DNA of 64,000 nucleotides from Escherichia coli (GTDB lineage Bacteria; Pseudomonadota; Gammaproteobacteria; Enterobacterales; Enterobacteriaceae): NCBI RefSeq assembly GCF_041248615.1, contig NZ_CP158426.1; one strand, 5' to 3'. Shown piece by piece: positions 1 to 9,950 of this stretch (position 1 is its first letter; each line of letters starts with the position of its first letter). The notes under the pieces were generated by a model. It saw only the letters and a program-made list of their open reading frames with translations, ran no database searches and was not told where the DNA came from. The position numbers and the translations under genes were made by a program.

Positions 1-2
1 GG

Positions 3-197
3 TTGACCCGTGCCACGTTATGGATCCTCGACGAGCCTTTTACCGCGATTGACGTTAACGGCGTCGATCGTCTGACCCAGCGTATGGCGCAGCATACGGA
101 GCAGGGGGGGATTGTGATTCTGACTACCCACCAGCCGCTCAACGTTGCTGAAAGTAAAATTCGCCGCATTTCACTGACGCAAACGAGGGCCGCATGA
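3..197 (+). CDS. ccmA: Cytochrome c maturation ABC ATPase CcmA, C-terminal fragment (5' end outside window)
   Basis: ORF 3..197 (...[20 protein letters not shown]); stop overlaps ccmB start; heads the ccmBCDEFGH cluster. Confidence 0.85.
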   Translation: MTRATLWILDEPFTAIDVNGVDRLTQRMAQHTEQGGIVILTTHQPLNVAESKIRRISLTQTRAA

Positions 198-856
198 TGT
201 TCTGGCGCATTTTCCGTCTTGAGCTGCGCGTAGCGTTTCGCCATAGCGCCGAAATCGCCAACCCGCTGTGGTTCTTCCTGATTGTCATTACCCTTTTTCC
301 GCTCAGTATCGGTCCGGAGCCGCAACTGCTGGCGCGTATTGCACCGGGCATTATCTGGGTTGCTGCGCTGCTTTCATCCTTGCTGGCGCTGGAACGATTG
401 TTCCGTGACGATTTGCAGGACGGCAGTCTTGAACAATTGATGTTGTTGCCGTTACCCTTGCCCGCCGTTGTGCTGGCGAAGGTGATGGCGCACTGGATGG
501 TAACCGGTCTGCCGTTACTCATCCTTTCGCCACTGGTAGCAATGCTACTGGGAATGGATGTTTATGGCTGGCAAGTGATGGCGCTGACGCTGCTGCTGGG
601 AACGCCTACGCTTGGCTTTCTCGGTGCACCGGGCGTGGCGCTGACAGTGGGACTTAAGCGCGGTGGTGTGCTGCTCAGCATACTGGTGTTACCGCTGACT
701 ATCCCATTACTCATCTTTGCCACCGCCGCGATGGACGCGGCTTCCATGCATTTGCCCGTTAACGGGTATCTGGCAATTTTAGGCGCGTTGCTGGCAGGCA
801 CCGCGACATTAAGTCCTTTTGCGACGGCGGCAGCGTTACGAATCAGCATTCAATAA
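194..856 (+). CDS. ccmB: Heme exporter permease CcmB
   Basis: 220-aa hydrophobic ORF, start overlaps ccmA stop; position in ccm operon. Confidence 0.93.
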   Translation: MMFWRIFRLELRVAFRHSAEIANPLWFFLIVITLFPLSIGPEPQLLARIAPGIIWVAALLSSLLALERLFRDDLQDGSLEQLMLLPLPLPAVVLAKVMAHWMVTGLPLLILSPLVAMLLGMDVYGWQVMALTLLLGTPTLGFLGAPGVALTVGLKRGGVLLSILVLPLTIPLLIFATAAMDAASMHLPVNGYLAILGALLAGTATLSPFATAAALRISIQ

Positions 857-897
857 CGCTGGATTACTGATTTTTGTTCGAGTCTGGTATCGAAACT

Positions 898-1635
898 ATG
901 TGGAAAACACTGCATCAACTGGCGATCCCACCACGGCTGTATCAAATCTGTGGCTGGTTTATACCGTGGCTGGCAATTGCCAGTGTGGTCGTGCTTACCG
1001 TCGGCTGGATCTGGGGATTCGGCTTTGCTCCGGCTGATTATCAGCAGGGAAATAGCTACCGCATTATCTACCTGCATGTGCCTGCGGCGATCTGGTCGAT
1101 GGGCATTTATGCATCAATGGCGGTGGCGGCGTTTATTGGCCTTGTCTGGCAGATGAAAATGGCCAACCTGGCGGTGGCGGCGATGGCCCCCATTGGTGCC
1201 GTGTTTACCTTTATTGCCCTGGTTACCGGCTCTGCATGGGGAAAACCGATGTGGGGCACTTGGTGGGTATGGGACGCACGCCTGACTTCTGAACTGGTGC
1301 TGCTGTTTTTGTATGTGGGTGTGATTGCCCTGTGGCACGCCTTCGACGACCGCCGTCTGGCGGGCCGTGCGGCAGGTATCCTGGTGCTGATTGGCGTGGT
1401 GAATCTGCCGATTATTCATTACTCCGTGGAGTGGTGGAACACCCTGCATCAGGGATCAACGCGGATGCAGCAAAGTATCGATCCGGCGATGCGTTCGCCG
1501 CTGCGCTGGTCGATTTTTGGCTTCCTGCTGCTGTCTGCCACGCTGACGCTGATGCGGATGCGTAATTTGATTTTGCTGATGGAAAAACGCCGTCCGTGGG
1601 TGAGTGAACTGATACTGAAAAGAGGCCGTAAATGA
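898..1635 (+). CDS. ccmC: Heme exporter/heme chaperone membrane protein CcmC
   Basis: 245 aa from ATG at 898 (MWKTLHQ...); Trp-rich WGTWWVWD motif; alternative upstream ATG at 874. Confidence 0.92.
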   Translation: MWKTLHQLAIPPRLYQICGWFIPWLAIASVVVLTVGWIWGFGFAPADYQQGNSYRIIYLHVPAAIWSMGIYASMAVAAFIGLVWQMKMANLAVAAMAPIGAVFTFIALVTGSAWGKPMWGTWWVWDARLTSELVLLFLYVGVIALWHAFDDRRLAGRAAGILVLIGVVNLPIIHYSVEWWNTLHQGSTRMQQSIDPAMRSPLRWSIFGFLLLSATLTLMRMRNLILLMEKRRPWVSELILKRGRK

Positions 1636-1841
1636 CCCCTGCATTTGCTTCCTGGAATGAATTTTTCGCAATGGGCGGTTACGCCTTTTTTGTCTGGCTG
1701 GCGGTGGTGATGACCGTTATTCCGCTGGTGGTTTTGGTCGTGCACTCGGTGATGCAGCATCGCGCAATTCTGCGTGGCGTGGCGCAACAGCGGGCGCGTG
1801 AGGCGCGTTTACGTGCTGCGCAACAGCAGGAGGCTGCATGA
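1632..1841 (+). CDS. ccmD: Heme exporter small subunit CcmD
   Basis: 69-aa ORF overlapping ccmC stop and ccmE start. Confidence 0.9.
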
Positions 1842-2317
1842 ATATTCGCCGTAAAAACCGCTTGTGGATTGCCTGTGCCGTGTTGGCGGGGCTGGCGCTG
1901 ACTATCGGTCTGGTGCTGTATGCGCTGCGCTCGAATATCGATCTCTTTTATACGCCGGGGGAAATTCTCTACGGCAAGCGTGAAACTCAGCAAATGCCGG
2001 AAGTCGGTCAGCGTCTGCGCGTTGGCGGGATGGTGATGCCGGGTAGTGTGCAGCGCGATCCCAATTCGCTGAAAGTAACTTTCACCATTTACGATGCTGA
2101 AGGTTCAGTGGATGTCTCTTACGAAGGCATTTTGCCGGATCTGTTCCGTGAAGGGCAGGGCGTTGTGGTGCAGGGCGAGCTGGAAAAAGGCAATCATATC
2201 CTCGCGAAAGAAGTGCTGGCGAAACATGATGAAAACTACACGCCGCCAGAAGTTGAGAAAGCGATGGAAGCTAACCACCGTCGCCCGGCGAGTGTTTATA
2301 AGGACCCAGCATCATGA
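1838..2317 (+). CDS. ccmE: Periplasmic heme chaperone CcmE
   Basis: 159-aa ORF with N-terminal membrane anchor; operon position. Confidence 0.93.
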
Positions 2318-4257
2318 TGCCAGAAATTGGTAACGGGCTGCTGTGCCTGGCGTTAGGGATTGCGCTGCTGCTGTCCGTGTATCCGCTATGGGGCGTGGCG
2401 CGCGGAGATGCGCGCATGATGGCGTCTTCCCGCTTGTTTGCCTGGCTGCTGTTTATGTCTGTAGCTGGCGCATTTCTGGTGCTGGTCAATGCTTTCGTGG
2501 TCAACGACTTTACCGTCACCTATGTTGCCAGCAACTCCAATACCCAGCTTCCGGTGTGGTATCGCGTGGCGGCTACCTGGGGCGCGCATGAAGGTTCGCT
2601 TCTGCTGTGGGTGCTGCTGATGAGCGGCTGGACCTTTGCGGTGGCGATTTTTAGTCAGCGTATTCCGCTGGATATTGTGGCCCGCGTACTGGCGATAATG
2701 GGGATGGTCAGCGTCGGCTTTTTGCTGTTCATTCTCTTTACCTCTAACCCGTTCTCACGCACGTTGCCGAACTTCCCGATTGAAGGTCGCGATCTTAACC
2801 CGCTGTTACAGGATCCGGGGCTGATCTTCCATCCGCCTCTGCTTTATATGGGGTACGTCGGCTTCTCGGTGGCGTTTGCTTTTGCCATTGCTTCTTTGTT
2901 GAGCGGGCGTCTGGACAGCACTTATGCGCGTTTTACTCGTCCGTGGACACTGGCAGCGTGGATCTTCCTGACGCTCGGCATCGTGCTCGGTTCCGCATGG
3001 GCCTATTACGAACTCGGCTGGGGCGGCTGGTGGTTCTGGGATCCGGTAGAAAACGCCTCGTTTATGCCGTGGCTGGTGGGGACTGCGCTGATGCACTCAC
3101 TGGCGGTCACTGAACAACGCGCCAGCTTCAAAGCGTGGACATTACTGCTGGCAATCAGTGCCTTCTCGTTGTGTCTGTTGGGGACTTTCCTCGTGCGTTC
3201 CGGCGTGCTGGTATCGGTACACGCGTTTGCGTCTGATCCGGCGCGCGGTATGTTTATCCTCGCCTTTATGGTGCTGGTGATTGGTGGTTCGCTGCTGCTG
3301 TTTGCCGCGCGTGGACACAAAGTTCGCTCACGCGTAAACAATGCGCTGTGGTCGCGGGAATCTCTGCTGTTAGCGAACAACGTTTTGCTGGTCGCCGCGA
3401 TGCTGGTGGTATTACTGGGGACGCTGCTGCCGCTGGTGCACAAGCAACTGGGACTGGGCAGTATTTCGATTGGCGAACCGTTCTTCAACACCATGTTTAC
3501 CTGGCTGATGGTGCCGTTTGCGCTGCTGCTTGGTGTCGGTCCTCTGGTGCGCTGGGGGCGCGATCGCCCACGTAAAATCCGCAATTTATTGATTATCGCC
3601 TTCATCTCAACGCTGGTGCTGTCGCTGCTGCTGCCGTGGCTGTTCGAAAGCAAAGTTGTGGCGATGACGGTGCTCGGCCTGGCAATGGCCTGCTGGATTG
3701 CGGTGCTGGCAATTGCGGAAGCTGCGCTGCGTATTTCACGTGGCACGAAAACCACCTTCAGTTATTGGGGAATGGTGGCGGCTCACCTGGGGCTGGCAGT
3801 GACAATTGTTGGTATTGCCTTTAGCCAGAACTATAGCGTTGAGCGTGATGTGCGCATGAAGTCCGGCGATAGTGTCGATATTCATGAATATCGCTTCACC
3901 TTCCGTGATGTCAAAGAGGTGACTGGCCCGAACTGGCGTGGCGGTGTGGCGACTATCGGCGTAACGCGCGATGGCAAGCCGGAAACGGTGCTGTATGCGG
4001 AAAAACGTTATTACAACACTGCCGGGTCGATGATGACCGAAGCGGCGATTGACGGCGGCATCACGCGTGACCTGTACGCCGCGCTCGGTGAAGAGCTGGA
4101 AAACGGCGCGTGGGCCGTGCGTCTTTACTACAAACCGTTTGTTCGCTGGATTTGGGCTGGCGGGCTGATGATGGCATTGGGCGGGCTGCTGTGCCTGTTT
4201 GATCCTCGCTATCGTAAGCGCGTGAACCCGCAGAAAACTGCGCCGGAGGCTGTATGA
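2314..4257 (+). CDS. ccmF: Cytochrome c-type biogenesis heme lyase subunit CcmF
   Basis: 647-aa polytopic ORF with Trp-rich [12 protein letters not shown] motif. Confidence 0.95.
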
Positions 4258-4811
4258 AGCGCAAAGTATTGTTAATTCCGTTGATTATCTTCCTGGCGAT
4301 TGCCGCGGCGCTACTGTGGCAGCTGGCGCGTAATGCCGAAGGGGATGATCCGACCAATCTGGAATCGGCGCTCATTGGCAAGCCAGTGCCGAAGTTTCGC
4401 CTCGAATCACTGGACAATCCGGGGCAGTTTTATCAGGCGGATGTTCTGACTCAGGGCAAACCGGTGCTGCTTAACGTCTGGGCGACCTGGTGTCCGACCT
4501 GCCGTGCGGAACATCAATATCTGAATCAGCTTTCTGCGCAGGGCATCCGCGTGGTCGGCATGAACTATAAAGACGATCGCCAGAAGGCAATCAGCTGGCT
4601 GAAAGAGCTGGGCAATCCTTACGCACTAAGCCTGTTTGATGGCGACGGCATGTTAGGACTGGATCTCGGTGTCTATGGCGCGCCAGAAACGTTCCTCATC
4701 GACGGCAACGGCATCATTCGCTATCGCCATGCGGGCGATCTCAATCCTCGCGTCTGGGAAGAAGAGATCAAGCCGCTGTGGGAGAAATACAGTAAGGAGG
4801 CCGCACAATGA
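4254..4811 (+). CDS. ccmG: Thiol:disulfide interchange protein CcmG/DsbE
   Basis: 185 aa, thioredoxin-like WCPTC active site. Confidence 0.95.
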   Translation: MKRKVLLIPLIIFLAIAAALLWQLARNAEGDDPTNLESALIGKPVPKFRLESLDNPGQFYQADVLTQGKPVLLNVWATWCPTCRAEHQYLNQLSAQGIRVVGMNYKDDRQKAISWLKELGNPYALSLFDGDGMLGLDLGVYGAPETFLIDGNGIIRYRHAGDLNPRVWEEEIKPLWEKYSKEAAQ

Positions 4812-5860
4812 GGTTTTTATTGGGCGTGCTGATGCTGATGATCTCCGGCTCAGCGCTGGCGACCATCGACGTGTTGCAGTTTAAGGATGAAGCGCAGGAG
4901 CAGCAGTTCCGCCAACTCACTGAAGAACTACGCTGCCCGAAATGCCAGAACAACAGCATTGCCGATTCCAACTCGATGATTGCCACCGACCTGCGCCAGA
5001 AAGTGTATGAACTGATGCAGGAAGGTAAAAGTAAGAAAGAGATTGTCGATTATATGGTGGCGCGTTACGGCAACTTCGTCACTTACGATCCGCCGTTAAC
5101 GCCGCTGACCGTGCTGCTGTGGGTGCTTCCGGTAGTGGCTATTGGCATTGGCGGTTGGGTCATTTACGCCCGCTCGCGGCGTCGGGTACGCGTGGTGCCG
5201 GAAGCGTTTCCTGAACAAAGCGTGCCGGAAGGTAAGCGTGCCGGATATGTTGTTTATCTGCCGGGTATTGTGGTGGCGTTAATTGTGGCTGGCGTCAGCT
5301 ACTACCAGACTGGCAATTATCAGCAGGTGAAAATCTGGCAGCAAGCCACGGCACAGGCTCCGGCGTTGCTGGACAGGGCGCTGGATCCGAAAGCCGATCC
5401 GCTCAACGAAGAAGAGATGTCGCGCCTTGCGCTGGGGATGCGTACTCAACTGCAAAAAAATCCGGGAGATATAGAAGGCTGGATTATGTTGGGCCGCGTT
5501 GGCATGGCGCTGGGTAACGCCAGTATTGCCACCGATGCATACGCTACTGCATATCGCCTCGATCCGAAGAACAGTGATGCGGCGCTCGGATACGCTGAAG
5601 CGTTGACACGTTCATCTGATCCCAACGACAACCGCCTCGGTGGTGAACTGCTACGCCAGTTGGTGAGAACTGACCACAGCAATATCCGTGTGTTAAGCAT
5701 GTATGCGTTTAATGCCTTTGAGCAGCAGCGATTTGGCGAAGCCGTTGCCGCGTGGGAGATGATGTTGAAACTCTTACCTGCCAACGATACTCGCCGTGCG
5801 GTGATTGAACGTAGTATCGCGCAGGCGATGCAACATTTGTCGTCGCAGGAGAGTAAATAA
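4808..5860 (+). CDS. ccmH: Cytochrome c-type biogenesis protein CcmH
   Basis: 350 aa, LRCPKCQ motif near N-terminus, TPR-like C-terminal half. Confidence 0.93.
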   Translation: MRFLLGVLMLMISGSALATIDVLQFKDEAQEQQFRQLTEELRCPKCQNNSIADSNSMIATDLRQKVYELMQEGKSKKEIVDYMVARYGNFVTYDPPLTPLTVLLWVLPVVAIGIGGWVIYARSRRRVRVVPEAFPEQSVPEGKRAGYVVYLPGIVVALIVAGVSYYQTGNYQQVKIWQQATAQAPALLDRALDPKADPLNEEEMSRLALGMRTQLQKNPGDIEGWIMLGRVGMALGNASIATDAYATAYRLDPKNSDAALGYAEALTRSSDPNDNRLGGELLRQLVRTDHSNIRVLSMYAFNAFEQQRFGEAVAAWEMMLKLLPANDTRRAVIERSIAQAMQHLSSQESK

Positions 5861-5894
5861 TAAGAGGCCCGATGGTGATGCCATCGGGCTATTT

Positions 5895-6542
5895 TTATTG
5901 TGCCCCGCGTTGTTGCAGGAACAGAATGGTGGCCGCCACGCGTGAGCGGACATTGAGTTTACGCAGCAGATTGCGAATGTGTACTTTTACTGTCTGCTCG
6001 GAAATATTCAACACCGAGGCAATCTGTTTATTTGACAGCCCCTGTGCCAGCTCGTGCAGAACATCCAGCTCGCGCTCCGTCAGCACGCTGAAGGGATCTT
6101 CTTCTGCGCCAAACATTTCACGTTCACGTAAGTACTGATTGACGCGTTCGCTAAAGACTTTGCTGCCTTTCGCTCCGGCACGAATCGCTTCCAGCAACAC
6201 TTCCGGGTCGCTATCTTTCAACAGATAACCGTCTGCGCCTGCGTCTATCAGCGCAAAGACATCGCTGGAGGCATCTGATACGGTCAGGATAATAATTTGC
6301 GCGGTAACGCCATCCCTGCGCAAGGCATTGAGGGTATCCAGGCCACTCATACCTTTCATATTGAGATCCAGCAAGATCACGTCGATATCCAGTCTATTCG
6401 CCAGATCGATCGCGCTCGCGCCGTCGCCCGCTTCGGCGACCACTTCAAAGCCAGGATCAAGCTCCAGTAACTGACGAACACCGCGTCGCATAAGTGGATG
6501 ATCATCCACAATCATCACCTGAAAAGGCGTTGCTTCAGGCAT
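5895..6542 (-). CDS. narP: Nitrate/nitrite response regulator NarP (receiver + LuxR-type HTH)
   Basis: 215 aa from ATG at 6542 (MPEATPFQVMIVDDHPLMRRG...); six-frame ORF extends 10 codons further upstream. Confidence 0.93.
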   Translation of the reverse strand: MPEATPFQVMIVDDHPLMRRGVRQLLELDPGFEVVAEAGDGASAIDLANRLDIDVILLDLNMKGMSGLDTLNALRRDGVTAQIIILTVSDASSDVFALIDAGADGYLLKDSDPEVLLEAIRAGAKGSKVFSERVNQYLREREMFGAEEDPFSVLTERELDVLHELAQGLSNKQIASVLNISEQTVKVHIRNLLRKLNVRSRVAATILFLQQRGAQ

Positions 6543-6759
6543 AGTAGTCTCCTGAGGTTTTATTAGAATCATTATGTTTGAGCGTAGCGTTGGTAACGCT
6601 ACCAGGCGCGTGAATGTTACCCCATTTTATGTATGGACATGTAGTGAAAACTACAACCTTGTCGTTCGCTTTGGCATCATTTTCATTATAAAGACGGAAT
6701 TTTGGGTGATGCTGCCAACTTACTGATTTAGTGTATGATGGTGTTTTTGAGGTGCTCCA

Positions 6760-7035
6760 GTGGCTTCTGTTTCTATCAGCTGTCCCTCCTGTTCAGCTAC
6801 TGACGGGGTGGTGCGTAACGGCAAAAGCACTGCCGGACATCAGCGCTATCTCTGCTCTCACTGCCGTAAAACATGGCAACTGCAGTTCACTTACACCGCT
6901 TCTCAACCCGGTACGCACCAGAAAATCATTGATATGGCCATGAATGGCGTTGGATGCCGGGCAACCGCCCGCATTATGGGCGTTGGCCTCAACACGATTT
7001 TCCGCCATTTAAAAAACTCAGGCCGCAGTCGGTAA
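6760..7035 (+). CDS. insA: IS1 InsA (transposition repressor)
   Basis: 91-aa [26 protein letters not shown]... Confidence 0.95.
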   Translation: MASVSISCPSCSATDGVVRNGKSTAGHQRYLCSHCRKTWQLQFTYTASQPGTHQKIIDMAMNGVGCRATARIMGVGLNTIFRHLKNSGRSR

Positions 7036-7457
7036 CCTCGCGCATACAGCCGGGCAGTGACGTCATCGTCTGCGCGGAAATGGACGAACAGTGGGGATAC
7101 GTCGGGGCTAAATCGCGCCAGCGCTGGCTGTTTTACGCGTATGACAGGCTCCGGAAGACGGTTGTTGCGCACGTATTCGGTGAACGCACTATGGCGACGC
7201 TGGGGCGTCTTATGAGCCTGCTGTCACCCTTTGACGTGGTGATATGGATGACGGATGGCTGGCCGCTGTATGAATCCCGCCTGAAGGGAAAGCTGCACGT
7301 AATCAGCAAGCGATATACGCAGCGAATTGAGCGGCATAACCTGAATCTGAGGCAGCACCTGGCACGGCTGGGACGGAAGTCGCTGTCGTTCTCAAAATCG
7401 GTGGAGCTGCATGACAAAGTCATCGGGCATTATCTGAACATAAAACACTATCAATAA
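6954..7457 (+). CDS. insB: IS1 InsB (expressed as InsAB' transposase by -1 frameshift)
   Basis: 167-aa ORF in -1 frame relative to insA, overlapping its 3' end. Confidence 0.93.
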   Translation: MPGNRPHYGRWPQHDFPPFKKLRPQSVTSRIQPGSDVIVCAEMDEQWGYVGAKSRQRWLFYAYDRLRKTVVAHVFGERTMATLGRLMSLLSPFDVVIWMTDGWPLYESRLKGKLHVISKRYTQRIERHNLNLRQHLARLGRKSLSFSKSVELHDKVIGHYLNIKHYQ

Positions 7458-7472
7458 GTTGGAGTCATTACC

Positions 7473-9698
7473 GGCGCAGCGAATGATACTACCATTAAAG
7501 GCGGGCGCTTAATTATTGAAAAAGATGGGATTACCGTCTTTGCCGCTATCGAAAAGGGAGGATTACTGGAGGTTAAAGAGGGGGGATTAGCATTTGCGGT
7601 AGATCAGAAAGCCGGCGGTGCGATTAAAACAACCACCCGGGCCATGGAGGTATTCGGAACAAACCGTCTCGGTCAGTTCGATATCAAGGATGGTATTGCT
7701 AATAATATGCTGTTGGAAAACGGCGGAAGTTTGCGAGTTGAAGAAAATGACTTCGCTTATAATACCACTGTGGATAGTGGCGGCTTACTGGAGGTTATGG
7801 ATGGCGGGACTGCAACTGGCGTTGATAAAAAAGCAGGCGGAAAATTAATTGTCTCAACGAATGCGCTGGAAGTGAGTGGTACAAACAGTAAAGGCCAATT
7901 TAGTATAAAAGATGGTGTGTCCAAAAATTATGAACTGGATGATGGTTCCGGGCTCATTGTTATGGAGGACACGCAGGCCATTGATACTATCCTTGATGAG
8001 CATGCCACTATGCAATCGCTGGGAAAGGATACTGGTACGAGAGTGCAGGCAAATGCGGTGTATGATCTCGGTCGATCAGATCAGAATGGAAGTATCACGT
8101 ATTCCTCTAAAGCCATCTCTGAAAATATGGTTATCAACAATGGCCGCGCTAATGTCTGGGCTGGCACAATGGTTAACGTTTCAGTCAGAGGGAATGATGG
8201 CATTCTTGAGGTCATGAAGCCGCAAATAAATTATGCACCCGCTATGTTGGTGGGTAAGGTAGTGGTTTCTGAGGGCGCTTCTTTTAGAACGCATGGTGCC
8301 GTGGATACCAGCAAAGCGGATGTTTCGCTCGAAAATAGCGCATGGACCATCATTGCCGATATCACTACGACGAACCAAAACACTCGCCTCAACTTAGCCA
8401 ACCTTGCGATGTCTGGCGCAAATGTGATTATGATGGCTGAGCCAGTGACTCGTTCATCTGTGACGGCAAGTGCGGAAAATTTCACTACGTTGACCACCAA
8501 TACCCTATCGGGAAACGGCAATTTTTATATGCGTACTGATATGGCTAATCATCAGAGCGATCAGCTCAACGTGACCGGTCAGGCAACAGGTGATTTCAAA
8601 ATATTTGTGACGGACACAGGGGCCAGCCCGGCAGCAGGTGATAGCCTTACACTGGTAACAACGGGCGGCGGTGATGCTGCATTTACGTTGGGCAATGCCG
8701 GAGGCGTTGTTGATATCGGTACGTATGAATATACCTTGCTGGATAATGGCAACCATAGCTGGAGTCTGGCAGAGAATCGCGCGCAAATTACCCCTTCAAC
8801 CACTGATGTGCTGAACATGGCAGCAGCACAACCGCTGGTATTTGATGCAGAACTGTACACCGTGCGTGAGCGTCTTGGTAGCGTAAAAGGCGTTAGTTAC
8901 GATACGGCGATGTGGAGTTCGGCAATTAACACCCGCAACAACGTGACCACTGATGCGGGAGCTGGCTTTGAGCAAACATTGACGGGCCTGACGCTCGGTA
9001 TCGATAGCCGTTTCTCCCGTGAAGAAAGCAGCACAATTCGCGGCTTGTTCTTTGGTTACTCTCATTCTGATATTGGTTTTGATCGCGGCGGCAAAGGTAA
9101 TATCGATAGCTACACCCTGGGGGCTTATGCCGGTTGGGAGCATCAGAACGGTGCCTATGTTGATGGAGTGGTGAAAGTTGACCGTTTTGCCAACACCATC
9201 CATGGCAAGATGAGTAATGGAGCAACAGCGTTTGGCGATTACAATAGTAACGGCGCGGGTGCTCATGTCGAGAGCGGGTTCCGTTGGGTTGACGGATTGT
9301 GGAGTGTTAGACCCTATCTGGCCTTTACCGGCTTTACCACAGATGGTCAGGACTACACGTTATCAAATGGCATGCGCGCGGATGTGGGAAATACCCGCAT
9401 ATTACGCGCTGAAGCGGGAACGGCGGTAAGCTATCACATGGACCTGCAAAACGGTACGACGCTGGAACCCTGGCTGAAAGCCGCCGTGCGTCAGGAATAC
9501 GCCGATTCTAACCAGGTGAAAGTTAATGACGATGGCAAATTTAATAATGATGTGGCTGGAACCAGTGGCGTTTATCAGGCTGGGATAAGGTCATCGTTTA
9601 CCCCGACGTTAAGCGGTCATTTGTCTGTCAGCTATGGCAATGGCGCAGGGGTAGAATCACCGTGGAATACTCAGGCGGGTGTGGTCTGGTCGTTCTGA
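7473..9698 (+). pseudogene. yejO: Autotransporter adhesin YejO, 5'-truncated remnant abutting IS1
   Basis: Frame open from the IS1 right edge (first ATG at 7644); repetitive passenger segments and C-terminal beta-barrel ending ...VVWSF; no signal peptide. Confidence 0.85.
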
Positions 9699-9759
9699 TA
9701 ACAGAAAATAAACAGGCCGTGATGTGTCGCGGTCTGTTTATCGAATTAAATGCAGATAT

Positions 9760-9792
9760 AAAAAAACCAACCGTAAAGGTTGGTTTTTTTTG
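9760..9792. terminator. Bidirectional intrinsic terminator between yejO and tRNA-Pro
   Basis: AAAAAAACCAACCGTAAAGGTTGGTTTTTTTT: GC-poor but perfect stem flanked by A-run and T-run. Confidence 0.7.
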
Positions 9793-9799
9793 GGATTTT

Positions 9800-9876
9800 T
9801 GGTCGGCACGAGAGGATTTGAACCTCCGACCCCCGACACCCCATGACGGTGCGCTACCAGGCTGCGCTACGTGCCG
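9800..9876 (-). tRNA. proL: tRNA-Pro (GGG anticodon)
   Basis: Reverse complement reads CGGCACGTAGCGCAGCCTGGTAGCGCACCGTCATGGGGTG...GGTTCAAATCCTCTCGTGCCGACCA; 77 nt with CCA end. Confidence 0.93.
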
Positions 9877-9950
9877 ACTCGTGGCTGTTAATACTACCGT
9901 TTTCCACACCGATTGCAAGTAAGATATTTTGCTAACTGATTTATAATTAA

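Larger units (their letters stand above)
6705..7472 (+). mobile_element. IS1 insertion sequence, complete 768 bp
   Basis: Left end GGTGATGCTGCCAACTTACTGAT at 6705, right end ...GTTGGAGTCATTACC at 7472; insA and insB ORFs and A6C frameshift motif (7008..7017) present. Confidence 0.96.

Noticed and set aside
3006-3755. 249-aa minus-strand ORF antisense to ccmF
   Set aside because: Lies entirely inside a well-supported gene on the opposite strand; low-complexity Ser/Ala/Thr/Arg-rich translation typical of antisense frames in GC-rich coding DNA.
6629-6691. 20-codon ORF (MYGHVVKTTTLSFALASFSL) just upstream of IS1
   Set aside because: Not in frame with the yejO remnant; too short and without further support to call a gene or the missing yejO N-terminus.
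9700-9950. Possible genomic island integrated at tRNA-Pro
   Set aside because: No integrase, no duplicated tRNA 3' end and no foreign gene block next to the tRNA; yejO and yejM flank it directly.
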